Translations under genes and position numbers: made by a program
The notes under the pieces: model-generated
Told to the model about the DNA's origin: nothing
Databases searched by the model: none
What the model saw: the letters and a program-made list of their open reading frames with translations, nothing else
Shown: positions 1-9,620 of the stretch, in pieces
How positions within the stretch are numbered: position 1 is the first letter of the stretch
How the letters are laid out: every line of letters starts with the position of its first letter
Origin: an uncultured Pseudomonadota bacterium
Lineage (GTDB): Bacteria; Oederibacteriota; Muellerivitia; Muellerivitales; Muellerivitaceae
Direction: 5' to 3'
Length of the DNA stretch: 28,345 nucleotides
NCBI GenBank assembly: GCA_963843375.1
Contig: CAWJKT010000032.1
Span: 1-28,345 of the forward strand

Positions 1-1124
1 AAGTCCCGTCCGAACTCCACCTGGGTCAAATGGATGTCTTTCTTCAATCCGCCCGTGACATACTGGTGGCCCCCTTGAAGGGCTTTATCGGCCACGATCC
101 GGATACCAGCAAGCCCCACGGGCCCCGCGAACCCCACAGGGGCTTTAGTTGTTTCGAAGACTTTTTCGGCTGAAGCCAACCCAAGTTCCCCCGCTTCAAG
201 ATAATTCTGTAGCTTGACCTCGTTCACTTCATGGTCCCCCCGAACCAATACCGCCACGGGCTTGCCGTCGGCAATATAAATGAGGGTCTTGATGAATTGC
301 TGGGGGGGTAGCTTGAGAAAAGCCCCGACATCCTCAACAGTATGTTTGCCGGGGGTTGAGACCTCGGCAAAGGCGTCGCCTGCCGCGGAAGCCGCGTGGG
401 GCGCGGGGGTCCCGTTGGCTTTTTCCAGATTGGCCGCGTAATCGCACGAGGAACACATGGCGATGGCAGCCTCTCCCGTCTCCGCCAGTACCATGAATTC
501 ATGGGTGAAGCTTCCACCGATAAGCCCCGAGTCCGCCTCAACAGGCGAAAAGGTCAGACCACAACGTTTGAAGATCCGTTTGTAGGCCTCGTACATTCTC
601 CAATAAGTGATATCCGAAGCGGCCTCATCCACATCGAAGGAATAGCCGTCCTTCATGAGAAATTCGCGGCTGCGCATAACGCCGAACCGGGGCCGCACCT
701 CATCGCGGAACTTGGTGGCGATCTGGAACAGGTTCAGGGGAAGCTGTTTGTAGCTCTTCAGCTCTCGGCGCACCAGGTCGGTGATGACTTCCTCGTGGGT
801 GGGCCCCAGGGCGTAATCCCGCTCGTGGCGATCCTTGACCCGCATCAGTTCTTTTCCATATTTCTGCCAGCGGCCCGTTTCCTGCCACAATTCGGCGGGA
901 GTCAGGATGGGCATCAACACTTCCTGGGCGCCCCCCCGTTCCATTTCCTCGCGGATGATCTGTTGAACTTTAAGCAGAGCCCTCTGGCCCAAAGGCAGGT
1001 ACTCGTAAATGCCGGAGGCGACTTTACGCATGAGCCCGGCGCGCAGCATCAGCTTATGCGAGGGGATTTCCGCCTCGCCGGGTGTTTCTTTGACTGTCGG
1101 GATCAACGCTTTGGAAACTCGCAT
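1..1124 (-). CDS. proS: Proline--tRNA ligase (bacterial type with editing insertion); 5' part only, runs off the left edge
   Basis: Not in the ORF track because there is no stop in the window. Manual translation from ATG 1124 gives [46 protein letters not shown]. The same frame at the window edge reads [19 protein letters not shown], typical of the ProRS insertion-domain end. Confidence 0.96.
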   Translation of the reverse strand, partial: MRVSKALIPTVKETPGEAEIPSHKLMLRAGLMRKVASGIYEYLPLGQRALLKVQQIIREEMERGGAQEVLMPILTPAELWQETGRWQKYGKELMRVKDRHERDYALGPTHEEVITDLVRRELKSYKQLPLNLFQIATKFRDEVRPRFGVMRSREFLMKDGYSFDVDEAASDITYWRMYEAYKRIFKRCGLTFSPVEADSGLIGGSFTHEFMVLAETGEAAIAMCSSCDYAANLEKANGTPAPHAASAAGDAFAEVSTPGKHTVEDVGAFLKLPPQQFIKTLIYIADGKPVAVLVRGDHEVNEVKLQNYLEAGELGLASAEKVFETTKAPVGFAGPVGLAGIRIVADKALQGGHQYVTGGLKKDIHLTQVEFGRD

Positions 1125-1160
1125 AGTCGGCCTTGTTCGGATGTTAGTAACGGATAAATT

Positions 1161-1188
1161 AAAAGGGCGGGTCGAAAGACCCGCCCTT
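1161..1188 (-). terminator. Intrinsic terminator-like hairpin between ispG and proS
   Basis: Perfect 11-bp stem AAGGGCGGGTC/GACCCGCCCTT (1163-1188) with a 4-nt loop; on the minus strand the stem runs into TTTTAATTT. Confidence 0.7.
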
Positions 1189-1220
1189 CAAGTGATGCAA
1201 TATACAATCAGAAAGACTTT

Positions 1221-2321
1221 TTAGGAAGTCTTGGCTTGTTCGATCTCCGCCGCCCGTTTCTTGATTTCTCCAATCAAGTTTGGAACCAGTTCCTCTTCCT
1301 TCAGCCGGGTCTTGACCTCGCCCTTCTCGAAGATAACCCCGTGGCCCTTTTCCGCGCAAAGCCCGACATCCGCTTCCGCTCCCTCGCCCAAGCCGTTGAC
1401 CACGCAGCCCATAATGGCGACCCTCATGGAAGTTTTCATAGTAAGGGTTGCCGTTTCCACGGCGTCTACCATTGATTCCAGATCCACATGGCAGCGCCCG
1501 CAAGTGGGGCAAGCCACAATCTCCACGCCTTCCTTGCGGAAGCCCATGGACCGCAGCAAGTGGGTGGCGACCTTGACTTCCTCGACCGGATCGGCGGTGA
1601 GGGAAACACGGATGGTATCCCCCAGGCCGTCAGCCAAAACCGCGCCCATGCCGGCCGCGCTCTTGGTGATGCCCTGCATCTTGGTGCCCGCTTCGGTCAC
1701 GCCCACGTGGAAGGGATAATCGCATTGTTCGGCCAAGAGCCGATAGGAACGTATCATGGTGGGCACATGGGAACTTTTCACCGAAATGATCATGCCATAA
1801 TAGCCCAGGGATTCGATGAACTTGATATGCCGCATGGCCGATTCCACGATGGCTTCGGGCGTCGGATGCCCGTGTTTTTCAAGCAGGTCTTTTTCCAGAG
1901 AGCCGGAATTGACTCCCACCCGCATGGCCACATTGTACTTTTTGCATTTCTCAACCACTTGTGCCAGCCGGTCCATGCCGCCGATATTTCCCGGATTAAT
2001 GCGGATCTTGTCCGCCCCCTCGTCGATGGCGCCCAGTGCGATTTGATAGGCGAAATGGATATCGGCCACCAGGGGAACCCTCATCTTGGCCTTGATCTTG
2101 GAAAGAGCCTTGAGGGATTTTTGATTCTCGACCGTCACGCGGATAATCTCACAACCCGCGTCTTCCAGGCGCTTGATCTGTTCCAGGGTATCATCGACCT
2201 CGTAGGTCAAGGTGTTGGTCATGGACTGGATGGAAATAGGGGCATCGCCGCCCACTTGCACCTTTCCCACCATGACGGGGCGGGTCTTGCGGCGCTGGAT
2301 TTCGTAGAACTGTTCGGCCAA
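1221..2321 (-). CDS. ispG: (E)-4-hydroxy-3-methylbut-2-enyl-diphosphate synthase (flavodoxin-dependent, short form)
   Basis: Motifs ISIQSMTNT, PLVADIHF, IRINPGN, GVNSGSL, GVTEAG, GDTIRVSLT and the 4Fe-4S ligands CPTCGR...MGCVVNG.GE. TTG start with GGGAG upstream. Confidence 0.97.
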   Translation of the reverse strand: MAEQFYEIQRRKTRPVMVGKVQVGGDAPISIQSMTNTLTYEVDDTLEQIKRLEDAGCEIIRVTVENQKSLKALSKIKAKMRVPLVADIHFAYQIALGAIDEGADKIRINPGNIGGMDRLAQVVEKCKKYNVAMRVGVNSGSLEKDLLEKHGHPTPEAIVESAMRHIKFIESLGYYGMIISVKSSHVPTMIRSYRLLAEQCDYPFHVGVTEAGTKMQGITKSAAGMGAVLADGLGDTIRVSLTADPVEEVKVATHLLRSMGFRKEGVEIVACPTCGRCHVDLESMVDAVETATLTMKTSMRVAIMGCVVNGLGEGAEADVGLCAEKGHGVIFEKGEVKTRLKEEELVPNLIGEIKKRAAEIEQAKTS

Positions 2322-2409
2322 GGTAATCTCCCGAATAAAAAGTGATCAGATTATCCGTTACCTAGTTCCTGGTTTCAAGAACTACAAAAATCCCGTTAAA
2401 ATATCGGTA

Positions 2410-4866
2410 TTATCGTTGAATCAACAGCTTCATCACCTGGTGGGTTTCGGAGCTGCCGTTGTTTACGGATAACACTACATAATAAAGTCCGTTGGCCAAG
2501 TTCAGGTTTGCGTTGCCCCAATTCAGGGTGTATTTCCATTGTCCCACGGTGGCCGGGGGCGTGTCGTCCTCGAAAACCTTCCGGAAGGCCAGAGTAAAGA
2601 TCTTCACCTTCACCTGTGTGGCGGGGCTCGTCAAGTTATAATAAAAGCTTAAAGGCGTTCCGTCTTTTACCGGGTTGGGAAAAAGAACGCCGATGTTTTC
2701 AGGGGTGGGGGTCGGCGTCGGTGAAAAAGTGGGAGTGGGCGTGACTGTGGGTGTGCAGGTATGTCCCGCGCCGTCGGTGCAGGGAGAGTAAGTTGGGGTG
2801 GGGGTCGGGGTAATCTGGCGAACGAATTGCAGGACCGAGATGGAATAGGGCTGGAAGGTCACCGGGAAGGAAGTGGAGGCGCCGGTGAAGATGACCGTCG
2901 TCGGGGCCGTATCGGGGGCGGCATGGTAAGGCGTGGATCCGCTGGACACCCATTGGTAATTGGTGGAATTAAAAGTCCACCCATTAGCGTTACTGTTCGG
3001 GATAAAAGGCAGACCGGTGATCCAAGTATTGTAGGCATTCGTGGGGTTCTTGTTGATGACGATCATGGAAAAGATTCCGTCAGGCCGGTAGTCGGAATAA
3101 GCGGCAAATAGGGAGGCCGGAGCCCCTGCTCCGCTGAGGGTGGTGGAAATAAGCTGGTGAGCGTTGCTGTCGCCCGGAATGGCCCAGTCGCTAGTCATCA
3201 TCTGCATGGCCCAGTAAGTGGCATGGGGCTGATACTGGTAAGCGTCAGTGTTGACGCTCAGGTACCCCAGGTCCCCCCCGGTTGTATTGGTTTCGTCGCT
3301 TCCCCCGTTCAAGGTATCCCACAAGTTGGAATAACCACGGCTTCCGAAATCGGTGATGAAATGTCCCAGGGCGTCGGCCACCCAAAGCCCGTTACCCAGT
3401 TGGACCTGGAAATTCTCGTCCCCCGGATCCACGTTGTACTCGCTCATCAGCACGGGCACGGTCGCGGGACTTGCGACGCCTGCGCTGGAAAGCCAGCTGT
3501 CCAATTGGCTCGGGTAGGCATCCAGGGTGGAAGTGCTGCCCAAGGCCGAAGCGGCGGTGTAACCGCCGTAATTGGGATACCAGTGGTAATCAATGGCGGT
3601 AAGGTCAGCGATGGCCCCCTTCGTGCCGAGAATGCTGATAAAATCCTGCACGACCGAATTCCCGTCGTACATATTGGACGAGTCGCTAAAACCACCCGCC
3701 ACCGGGCCGGTGATGATGATGGTCTGGTCCACGGCTTTCATGGCGTTGTAATACTCGATGTAGCGCCTTACGTAATCTTGGGTGGGGATGGGCCCCCCCG
3801 TTTCCCAGTTGCCCTCGGTCTCGTTCCCGATCTGCCAGTAATGGATACCATAGCCTTTGACCACGTTGGCGTAATGCACCCAGGCCGCGGCTTCCTGGGA
3901 AGTGCCCGTGCCGAAATTGACGGTGATGAGCGGAACGGCATGGATCGGGCTGAAGGAATTAATGTAAGTCATGTAGGTCGCGAAATCCGTCATCCATGAA
4001 ATATTGTTCGTGGCCTGGGTGGAGGCGGGGTCCATGCTGGAAACCTCGACTTGGGTTTGGACCGATCCCGAGGGATTGTTGACCGAAATCTGGGTAGCGC
4101 CGTCATAGAGTTTCGCCTCGGCGATGGCATAAGCGCCCCCGGCACCGGCCGAACTGGCGGTCAACAAGATACGGAAATATTGGGCCGTCACCCCCGTGAA
4201 AGCCACCCCCTGGGTTCCTCCCGTGCCGGTTACCGTTCCCGCTGAAGTGGCGATCCATTTATTTGAGGAATTATCGGTTAAGGGGGGAGGCCAGCCGGTG
4301 GAGGGCCAATATTGGACCTGGAAAGAGGTAGCGTAAGGCGTTCCCCAGACAATGGTTATGGCGTTGACGAGTGCTGACGCCGATAGATCCAGCTCAGCCC
4401 ACTGCTGGTTTGGAAAATCAGTGTCGACATTGGACAACCAAGTGGTGGCGGTGTTGCCGTCGGTGATCTGGGAAGGGGCGCCGTTGCCGGCGGTGGTTCC
4501 CTCATAGGTTGCGTTATCCGGGAACCCGGTAGTGTAAGTGGTGTTGTCCGGCACCCAATAGCCGCTGGTATTGTAGGTTCCCGTGCCGTTCCAATGGTAA
4601 CCGTCCGAGGAAGAACCGCCTGGATAGCGCAAAAAATAATTTCCAGCGGCCTGTACCTGCGGCTGGACAGCCAAATTGTTGGTATTCCCGATCCAATAGG
4701 CCGTGTTATTGCCAAAGATGCTGATGGGATAAAAGGCGGTGAGGGTCGTCGCGGCGTTCACGGTGATGGTGGCGGGCAGGGCTTGGGCCTTTGAGTGACT
4801 GGTCAAACCCAACGCGAGGGTGAACAACATTCCCATCGCGAGTGAAGCGAGCCCCTTAAATTGCAT
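2410..4866 (-). CDS. Secreted clan GH-A glycoside hydrolase (GH51/GH79/GH44-like barrel) with inserted F5/8-type-C (CBM32-like) module, Pro/Thr linker and C-terminal sorting-like domain
   Basis: Start moved from 4902 to ATG 4866 (GGGAG at 4875-4879; signal peptide MQFKGLASLAMGMLFTLALGLTSHSKAQA). Motifs [21 protein letters not shown] (acid/base), DYHWY, MSEYN (nucleophile). Discoidin signature TDGNTATTW...WAELDL...YFRILLT. The exact GH family cannot be fixed by eye. Confidence 0.8.
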   Translation of the reverse strand: MQFKGLASLAMGMLFTLALGLTSHSKAQALPATITVNAATTLTAFYPISIFGNNTAYWIGNTNNLAVQPQVQAAGNYFLRYPGGSSSDGYHWNGTGTYNTSGYWVPDNTTYTTGFPDNATYEGTTAGNGAPSQITDGNTATTWLSNVDTDFPNQQWAELDLSASALVNAITIVWGTPYATSFQVQYWPSTGWPPPLTDNSSNKWIATSAGTVTGTGGTQGVAFTGVTAQYFRILLTASSAGAGGAYAIAEAKLYDGATQISVNNPSGSVQTQVEVSSMDPASTQATNNISWMTDFATYMTYINSFSPIHAVPLITVNFGTGTSQEAAAWVHYANVVKGYGIHYWQIGNETEGNWETGGPIPTQDYVRRYIEYYNAMKAVDQTIIITGPVAGGFSDSSNMYDGNSVVQDFISILGTKGAIADLTAIDYHWYPNYGGYTAASALGSTSTLDAYPSQLDSWLSSAGVASPATVPVLMSEYNVDPGDENFQVQLGNGLWVADALGHFITDFGSRGYSNLWDTLNGGSDETNTTGGDLGYLSVNTDAYQYQPHATYWAMQMMTSDWAIPGDSNAHQLISTTLSGAGAPASLFAAYSDYRPDGIFSMIVINKNPTNAYNTWITGLPFIPNSNANGWTFNSTNYQWVSSGSTPYHAAPDTAPTTVIFTGASTSFPVTFQPYSISVLQFVRQITPTPTPTYSPCTDGAGHTCTPTVTPTPTFSPTPTPTPENIGVLFPNPVKDGTPLSFYYNLTSPATQVKVKIFTLAFRKVFEDDTPPATVGQWKYTLNWGNANLNLANGLYYVVLSVNNGSSETHQVMKLLIQR

Positions 4867-4882
4867 GATCGAATCTCCCGGT

Positions 4883-4915
4883 AAAAAAAAAGCCGGACCC
4901 ATAAGGTTCGGCTTT
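4883..4915 (-). terminator. Intrinsic terminator-like hairpin with U9 tract between the two paralogous GH genes
   Basis: Minus strand AAAGCCGAACC-TTATG-GGTCCGGC followed by T9 (A run 4883-4891 on plus). Confidence 0.7.
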
Positions 4916-4951
4916 GAGGATTATAACCCTATTGATAACTGAAAAGCCTTC

Positions 4952-7873
4952 CTACTGGATGACGAGCAGTTTCATCACTTGTTGGGTCCGGGTGGCGCCG
5001 GTTTTGGTGGAAAGAACCACGTAATAAAGCCCGTTGGCCGCATCCAAGCCGCCCCGGCCCCATTCCAGGGTGTAAACATGGCCGCCCGGGGAGGTGGCTA
5101 GAGTTGGATCCTCATAAATCAGTCGGAAGGCCAAGGTAAAGACCTTCACGTCCACTTGGTCTGCGGTTTCCGGAACCTGGTAGGAAAGCTTCAAGGGCCC
5201 GTAGCCCGTATAGGGATTTGGGAAAACCCCGGTCAAACTCGGGGTGGAGGTGGGGGTCGGCGAGTAAGTCGAGGTGAATGTGTTGGTGACTGTGGGAGAA
5301 GAGGTGGCCGTCGAGGACGCCGTGAAGGTAAAGGTAAGCGTGGGAGTGGAAGTAACGGTGGCCGTCAAGGTCGGGGAACTCGTGGGAGTGTCCGTAGGCG
5401 TGGTGGTCGGGGTGGAGGTGGGGGTATTCGGCGGCGTGGGGGTAAAGGTACAGGTGTTCCCGAAAGCATCCATGCAGACGGTATTAGTGGCGGTGAGGGT
5501 GGGTGTGGAACTGGGCGTCGAGGTTGAGGTGGGGGTCGGCGAATTCGTGGGGGTTCCGGTGAGGGTGGCGGTGGGGGAAGCCGTTGAGGAATTGGTGGGG
5601 GTTCCGGAGGAGGTAGCGGTTGGTGAATTCGTCGGAGTACCCGTAAGGGTGGCCGTGGGACTATTTGTAGTGGAGGAAGTGGGCGTCCCCGTCAAGGTGG
5701 CGGTAGTCGTATTTGTGGGAGTCTTGGTGGCGGAAGGAGAGGGCGTACCTGTCGCGGTGCTGGTGGGGATGCCCGAGTTCGTGAATTGGATGACGTTGAT
5801 CGAAGAGGGGCTGAAAGTCACCGGGAAGGAACTGGAAACTCCTGTCAACAAGGCCGTTGTAGGCGCGGTATCCGGATTGGCGTTATAGGGTTCGGTGGTG
5901 GTCTGCCAGACATAATTGGTCGTATTGAAGGTCCAGGAATTGGCAGTATTATTGGGCACAAAGGGCCCGATATTGAGGGTCGTGGAATAGGAGTTCGCGG
6001 AATCTTCGTTGACCACCATCAGCGAAAGGATTCCATCCGGACGGTAGTCGGCGTAGGAAACCAAGGTCGCGGCGCTGCTGGTGGTGTTGACCAATTCGTG
6101 GGTATTGGAATCCCCCTGAATGGCCCAGTCGGTCGCCATCATTTGCATCGCCCAATAAGTGGCATGTTGTTGATATGGAGAGGAATTGTCCACGTAACCC
6201 AGGTCTCCGTCGGTCGCCACGGTATGGTCGCTTCCACCGTCTACCACGTCCCAGAGGTTGGCAAAGCCCGTCTTTCCGAAACCGGTAATAAAGGCGCCCA
6301 ACCAGTCGGCCAGCCAGAGACCGTTTTGCTCCTGCACGGTGGAATTAGAACCGTAGGCGTTAGCGTTGGAGTTGTATTCGCTCATGATCACCGGGATGCT
6401 GGAAAGGCTCAGGCCTACCGCGTTCAGCCAGTTACCGAGGGTTACAGGGAAAGCGGCCAGTTGGGCGGGCGAGGAAAAGCCCGCGGGGAAAGTAGTGAAC
6501 CCAGGGTACCAGTGGTAATCCAATCCCCCCAGGTCTGAAACCACGTTCCCCCCTGCCGCAGCCGGATTGTTGTAAAGGCGCAGGAGGAAATCCTGAATGT
6601 AGCTGTTGCCGTCGGCGGCGTTGGAGTTGGCATTAGGGGAGCCGCAAACCGGGCCCACAATCGTGATGGGAACCCCGTCGCTGGAAGCTTCCGCCTGCAT
6701 GGCGTTGTAATATTCAATGAATCTCCGGCCGTAATCGTTGGCGTTCATGGGCCCGCCCGTTTCCCAGTTGCCGTTGGTTTCGTTGCCGATCTGCCAGTAA
6801 TGGATACCGTAGCCCTGGACCGCGTTGGCGTAATGGACCCATGAAGCCGCCTCCGACGCTGTGCCCGTTCCCATGTTGACAGTGATCAGCGGGATGGCCT
6901 TGGGGGTAAAGGAATTCACCTCGGTCATATAAGTGTTGAAGTCGAAGCTTGTCTTATAAAAATTGGGGGAAAGGGGTTCGTCGGGAGAAGCGGAGGAGCA
7001 GGTTTGGCTGGAAGCCGGATCGGTACTGGAAGTAACGACCGTGTTTTGGTCGGCTTGAGTATCGGCGTTCTTGCTGACCACGGTGGCACCGTCAAGGACG
7101 TAAAGCTCGGCGATTGCGTAGGCCCCGCCCGCCCCGTTGGAACTGGCAGTCATAAGGATGCGGACATAACGGGTGGATTCGGCCGTGAGGGTGATTACTG
7201 TCGTTCCACCACTGGCCCCCGAGATAGCCCCTCCACCGAAAGTGGCCCAACCGCTCTCGTTGGAGGCCGTATAGGGAGTGGAGGCATCGGACGCCGTCCA
7301 ATATTCAACATAATAAGTGGTGGCATAGGGGTTGCCCCAAACGATGCTGACACCGCTGACTGCAGTCGTCGAGCTGGTGCCCGTCAAATCGATATAAGCC
7401 CATTGATAGTTCGGGAAGTCGGTATCCACGTTCGACATCCAGGTGGTGGCGCTGTTGCCGTCATCGATATTTGAGGGATAGGCGTAACTGGCGGAAGTGG
7501 TGCCCCGGTAAACTTGGCAACCCTGGAAGCCGGCGCCATAGGTCGTACCGCTGGGAACCCAATATTGGCTGGAGTTATAACTCCCTGAACTATTCCAGTG
7601 GAAATCATCCGAGGAAGAACCTCCCGGGTAGCGAAGAAAATAATTTCCCGCGGCTTGGACCTTGGCCGATACCGCTTCGTTGGTGGCGGCGTTGACCCAA
7701 TAGGCCAGGTTGTTCCCAAAAATATGGATGGGCACAAATGAGGTAATGGTGGATGCGCCGTTCACCGTGATAGAGGCAGGCGTTTGGGCGCTGGCGGGAA
7801 GATTGGTCCCCATCCAAAGCGTACCCAGGACGGTCACCAAGATGAGTTTTTTTCGGTGGAATTTTGAAATCAT
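4952..7873 (-). CDS. Secreted clan GH-A glycoside hydrolase, paralogue of 2410-4866, with inserted CBM32-like module, long Thr/Ser/Pro linker and C-terminal sorting-like domain
   Basis: Likely start ATG 7873 (AAGG upstream; signal peptide [30 protein letters not shown]); the ORF track extends to 7966. Long blocks are identical to the neighbour: [53 protein letters not shown]. Confidence 0.8.
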   Translation of the reverse strand: MISKFHRKKLILVTVLGTLWMGTNLPASAQTPASITVNGASTITSFVPIHIFGNNLAYWVNAATNEAVSAKVQAAGNYFLRYPGGSSSDDFHWNSSGSYNSSQYWVPSGTTYGAGFQGCQVYRGTTSASYAYPSNIDDGNSATTWMSNVDTDFPNYQWAYIDLTGTSSTTAVSGVSIVWGNPYATTYYVEYWTASDASTPYTASNESGWATFGGGAISGASGGTTVITLTAESTRYVRILMTASSNGAGGAYAIAELYVLDGATVVSKNADTQADQNTVVTSSTDPASSQTCSSASPDEPLSPNFYKTSFDFNTYMTEVNSFTPKAIPLITVNMGTGTASEAASWVHYANAVQGYGIHYWQIGNETNGNWETGGPMNANDYGRRFIEYYNAMQAEASSDGVPITIVGPVCGSPNANSNAADGNSYIQDFLLRLYNNPAAAGGNVVSDLGGLDYHWYPGFTTFPAGFSSPAQLAAFPVTLGNWLNAVGLSLSSIPVIMSEYNSNANAYGSNSTVQEQNGLWLADWLGAFITGFGKTGFANLWDVVDGGSDHTVATDGDLGYVDNSSPYQQHATYWAMQMMATDWAIQGDSNTHELVNTTSSAATLVSYADYRPDGILSLMVVNEDSANSYSTTLNIGPFVPNNTANSWTFNTTNYVWQTTTEPYNANPDTAPTTALLTGVSSSFPVTFSPSSINVIQFTNSGIPTSTATGTPSPSATKTPTNTTTATLTGTPTSSTTNSPTATLTGTPTNSPTATSSGTPTNSSTASPTATLTGTPTNSPTPTSTSTPSSTPTLTATNTVCMDAFGNTCTFTPTPPNTPTSTPTTTPTDTPTSSPTLTATVTSTPTLTFTFTASSTATSSPTVTNTFTSTYSPTPTSTPSLTGVFPNPYTGYGPLKLSYQVPETADQVDVKVFTLAFRLIYEDPTLATSPGGHVYTLEWGRGGLDAANGLYYVVLSTKTGATRTQQVMKLLVIQ
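5230..5770 (-). repeat. Thr/Ser/Pro-rich coding repeat ([16 protein letters not shown] units) forming the linker of the 4952-7873 protein
   Basis: Translation shows TATLTGTPT three times plus the variant TATSSGTPT; synonymous positions differ between copies. Confidence 0.8.
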
Positions 7874-8030
7874 TGAAACCTTGTTTTCACAAAAAATAAA
7901 AGCCGAAAATGGAATTTCCTTTTCGGCTCGGCCGCATAGTTTAACTGGAAAATATGCAGAAAACATGCCATTTCACATATATGCATTTCAAAGGTTACTT
8001 TAAAAATTATTTAAACACTTCCTCAGCACG

Positions 8031-8040
8031 AAAGCGCTTT
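8031..8040. promoter_or_regulatory. Palindrome AAAGCGCTTT, candidate LacI/GalR-family operator upstream of the tandem GH genes
   Basis: Perfect 10-bp CG-centred palindrome in the intergenic region ~160 nt upstream of ATG 7873. A variant AAAACGCTTT lies at 8088-8097, and the same core recurs at 9521-9532. Confidence 0.45.
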
Positions 8041-8186
8041 TCTGATATTTTCTGACGAAATAGTCGGGAATTATTTTTCAAAACCATAAAACGCTTTTTT
8101 CTAACCAAGCGTGATATGCATTGAAAGGATTCAAAAACAGGACGGATAAATGGTTGAAGGAAACGGCTTCAAAACAATTCGACCCG

Positions 8187-9416
8187 CTATTGCCGGATCA
8201 GGACTTTCATCGCCGTTTGATTTTGTTGGCCGCCGCTTTTCGAAACAACCACAAAATAATAAAGCCCATTGGCGAGATTCAAGTTCGCCAAATTCACGAC
8301 TTGAGTTTGGGTGCCTTGGCTGGTGGGTAAGCTGTCGTTTTCATAAATTTTCCGGAAAGCCAGGGTGAATATTTTCAACGAAACCTCATCCTGGGTTTGG
8401 TTGTTTTGATAACTAAAAGTTATCGTGCTCCCGGGGCTTGAAGCGCTGGGCCAGGGATTGGGATAGGCCAGCAACAGATGGGAAGGCGTGGCCGTCGGCG
8501 TGGGAGTGTCGGTCGGAGTGCAGGTGCTTCCGGGATAACCGCAAGGAGTGAGCGTGGGAGTGGGGGTAGGGCTCAAGGTCGGCGTGAAGGTCGCGGTTTC
8601 ACAGGCAGGAGAGTTAACCGAGGCGCTGAAACCGCTGCTGGTAAAGGGAACCCCCCCCGTCCTAATTTCGATGCCCGCTTCAATCGCCTCGAGAAACCAG
8701 GAGCTATTGATGTAACCGCGGTTCACGCTGTCATTGATGAAAGCCTGAATATCCACGTTATTGAATGAAGTAATATTTGTATCCGCCATATAGGCGATGT
8801 AGTTCCAACCGACATTCCCCTCGTTAAGTCTCCAGGTGGTGGTGGTATTACCGATGGTCAAACCATCGGCGACATAGGACCCGCCTGGTCCCGTCCCCGG
8901 CATATAATTCAGCCAAAGCATCAGTTCGGCGCTGTGGTTGTTGAGGCCTGTTCCTGTGGAGGATGTAGTGAACCAAATGTCATAGGCCGCGTCCCAAAGA
9001 TCGCTGCCCGTTTCGTTGGTAACGGCAATATTCCAACTGCTAGTGACGCAGGTAAGCGCACTCACCTCAATAGGAAGATTAGTTCCCGAACTGCAAGACC
9101 CATCGGATTGGCACCCGTAAACGATGGAAGGATAAGTGGCCACCGTGTCACTGCACTGAAAATTCCCTGCTGTCACCGAGAAATCTCCGGTGCTGTTGTT
9201 GATGGTCATGCATTGCGTGGTGGGGCAAGATCCCATATTCCAATAATTAGTCTGCACGTAGTAGGAAGGTGTGGTGCCCGTCGTGTTGATCGTATCGTAC
9301 TGGGCGCAAGTATTCGTGGTTTGGGCTTGGGCCGGACCGGCCGCCTCCAGAAGGCTCATCACCGTTAAAAGGAAAGGCAAACCAGCTATGGCTAAAATTG
9401 TTTTAAATTTTTTCAA
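8187..9416 (-). CDS. Secreted GH12 endoglucanase/xyloglucanase-like enzyme with Pro/Thr linker and C-terminal sorting-like domain
   Basis: GH12 motifs YVQTNYWN, YPSIVYGC, WDAAYDIWF, AELMLWL (nucleophile Glu) and EAGIEI (acid/base Glu). Start is TTG 9416 (MKKFKTILAIAGLPFLL..., AAGGA 4 nt upstream) or TTG 9428 as in the ORF track. Confidence 0.88.
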   Translation of the reverse strand: MKKFKTILAIAGLPFLLTVMSLLEAAGPAQAQTTNTCAQYDTINTTGTTPSYYVQTNYWNMGSCPTTQCMTINNSTGDFSVTAGNFQCSDTVATYPSIVYGCQSDGSCSSGTNLPIEVSALTCVTSSWNIAVTNETGSDLWDAAYDIWFTTSSTGTGLNNHSAELMLWLNYMPGTGPGGSYVADGLTIGNTTTTWRLNEGNVGWNYIAYMADTNITSFNNVDIQAFINDSVNRGYINSSWFLEAIEAGIEIRTGGVPFTSSGFSASVNSPACETATFTPTLSPTPTPTLTPCGYPGSTCTPTDTPTPTATPSHLLLAYPNPWPSASSPGSTITFSYQNNQTQDEVSLKIFTLAFRKIYENDSLPTSQGTQTQVVNLANLNLANGLYYFVVVSKSGGQQNQTAMKVLIRQ

Positions 9417-9520
9417 GTGTTCCTTCAATTCGTAAGCGGAAATAGATATATGTAGACGTCCAGAAAATATGCCACTAAAAGCCTAAAAAAGAAATGAAAA
9501 GCTCCAATTTAGGGGGGCTT

Positions 9521-9532
9521 AAAAGCGCTTTT
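9521..9532. promoter_or_regulatory. Palindrome AAAAGCGCTTTT, candidate LacI/GalR-family operator in the divergent GH12/GT9 intergenic region
   Basis: Perfect 12-bp palindrome with the same core as 8031-8040. Confidence 0.45.
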
Positions 9533-9607
9533 TCGTCATTGGACCGGTTTCAACGCCGTGTCTAACTCTTAGAAGCAGCCCCAAAAAACCTTTTAGTAAA
9601 TTTCGTT

Positions 9608-9613
9608 TATAAT
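9608..9613 (+). promoter_or_regulatory. Consensus -10 box 7 nt before the GT9 ATG (leaderless arrangement)
   Basis: TATAAT-CCAACCC-ATG with no Shine-Dalgarno sequence. Confidence 0.55.
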
Positions 9614-9620
9614 CCAACCC

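Noticed and set aside
396..2345. Plus-strand ORFs of 253 and 285 aa, and many similar short overlapping ORFs across the window
   Set aside because: They are antisense to proS, ispG and other confidently identified genes and show no recognisable motifs.
2322..9620. Genomic island or mobile element carrying the GH genes
   Set aside because: No integrase, transposase, tRNA target, terminal inverted repeats or flanking direct repeats were seen.
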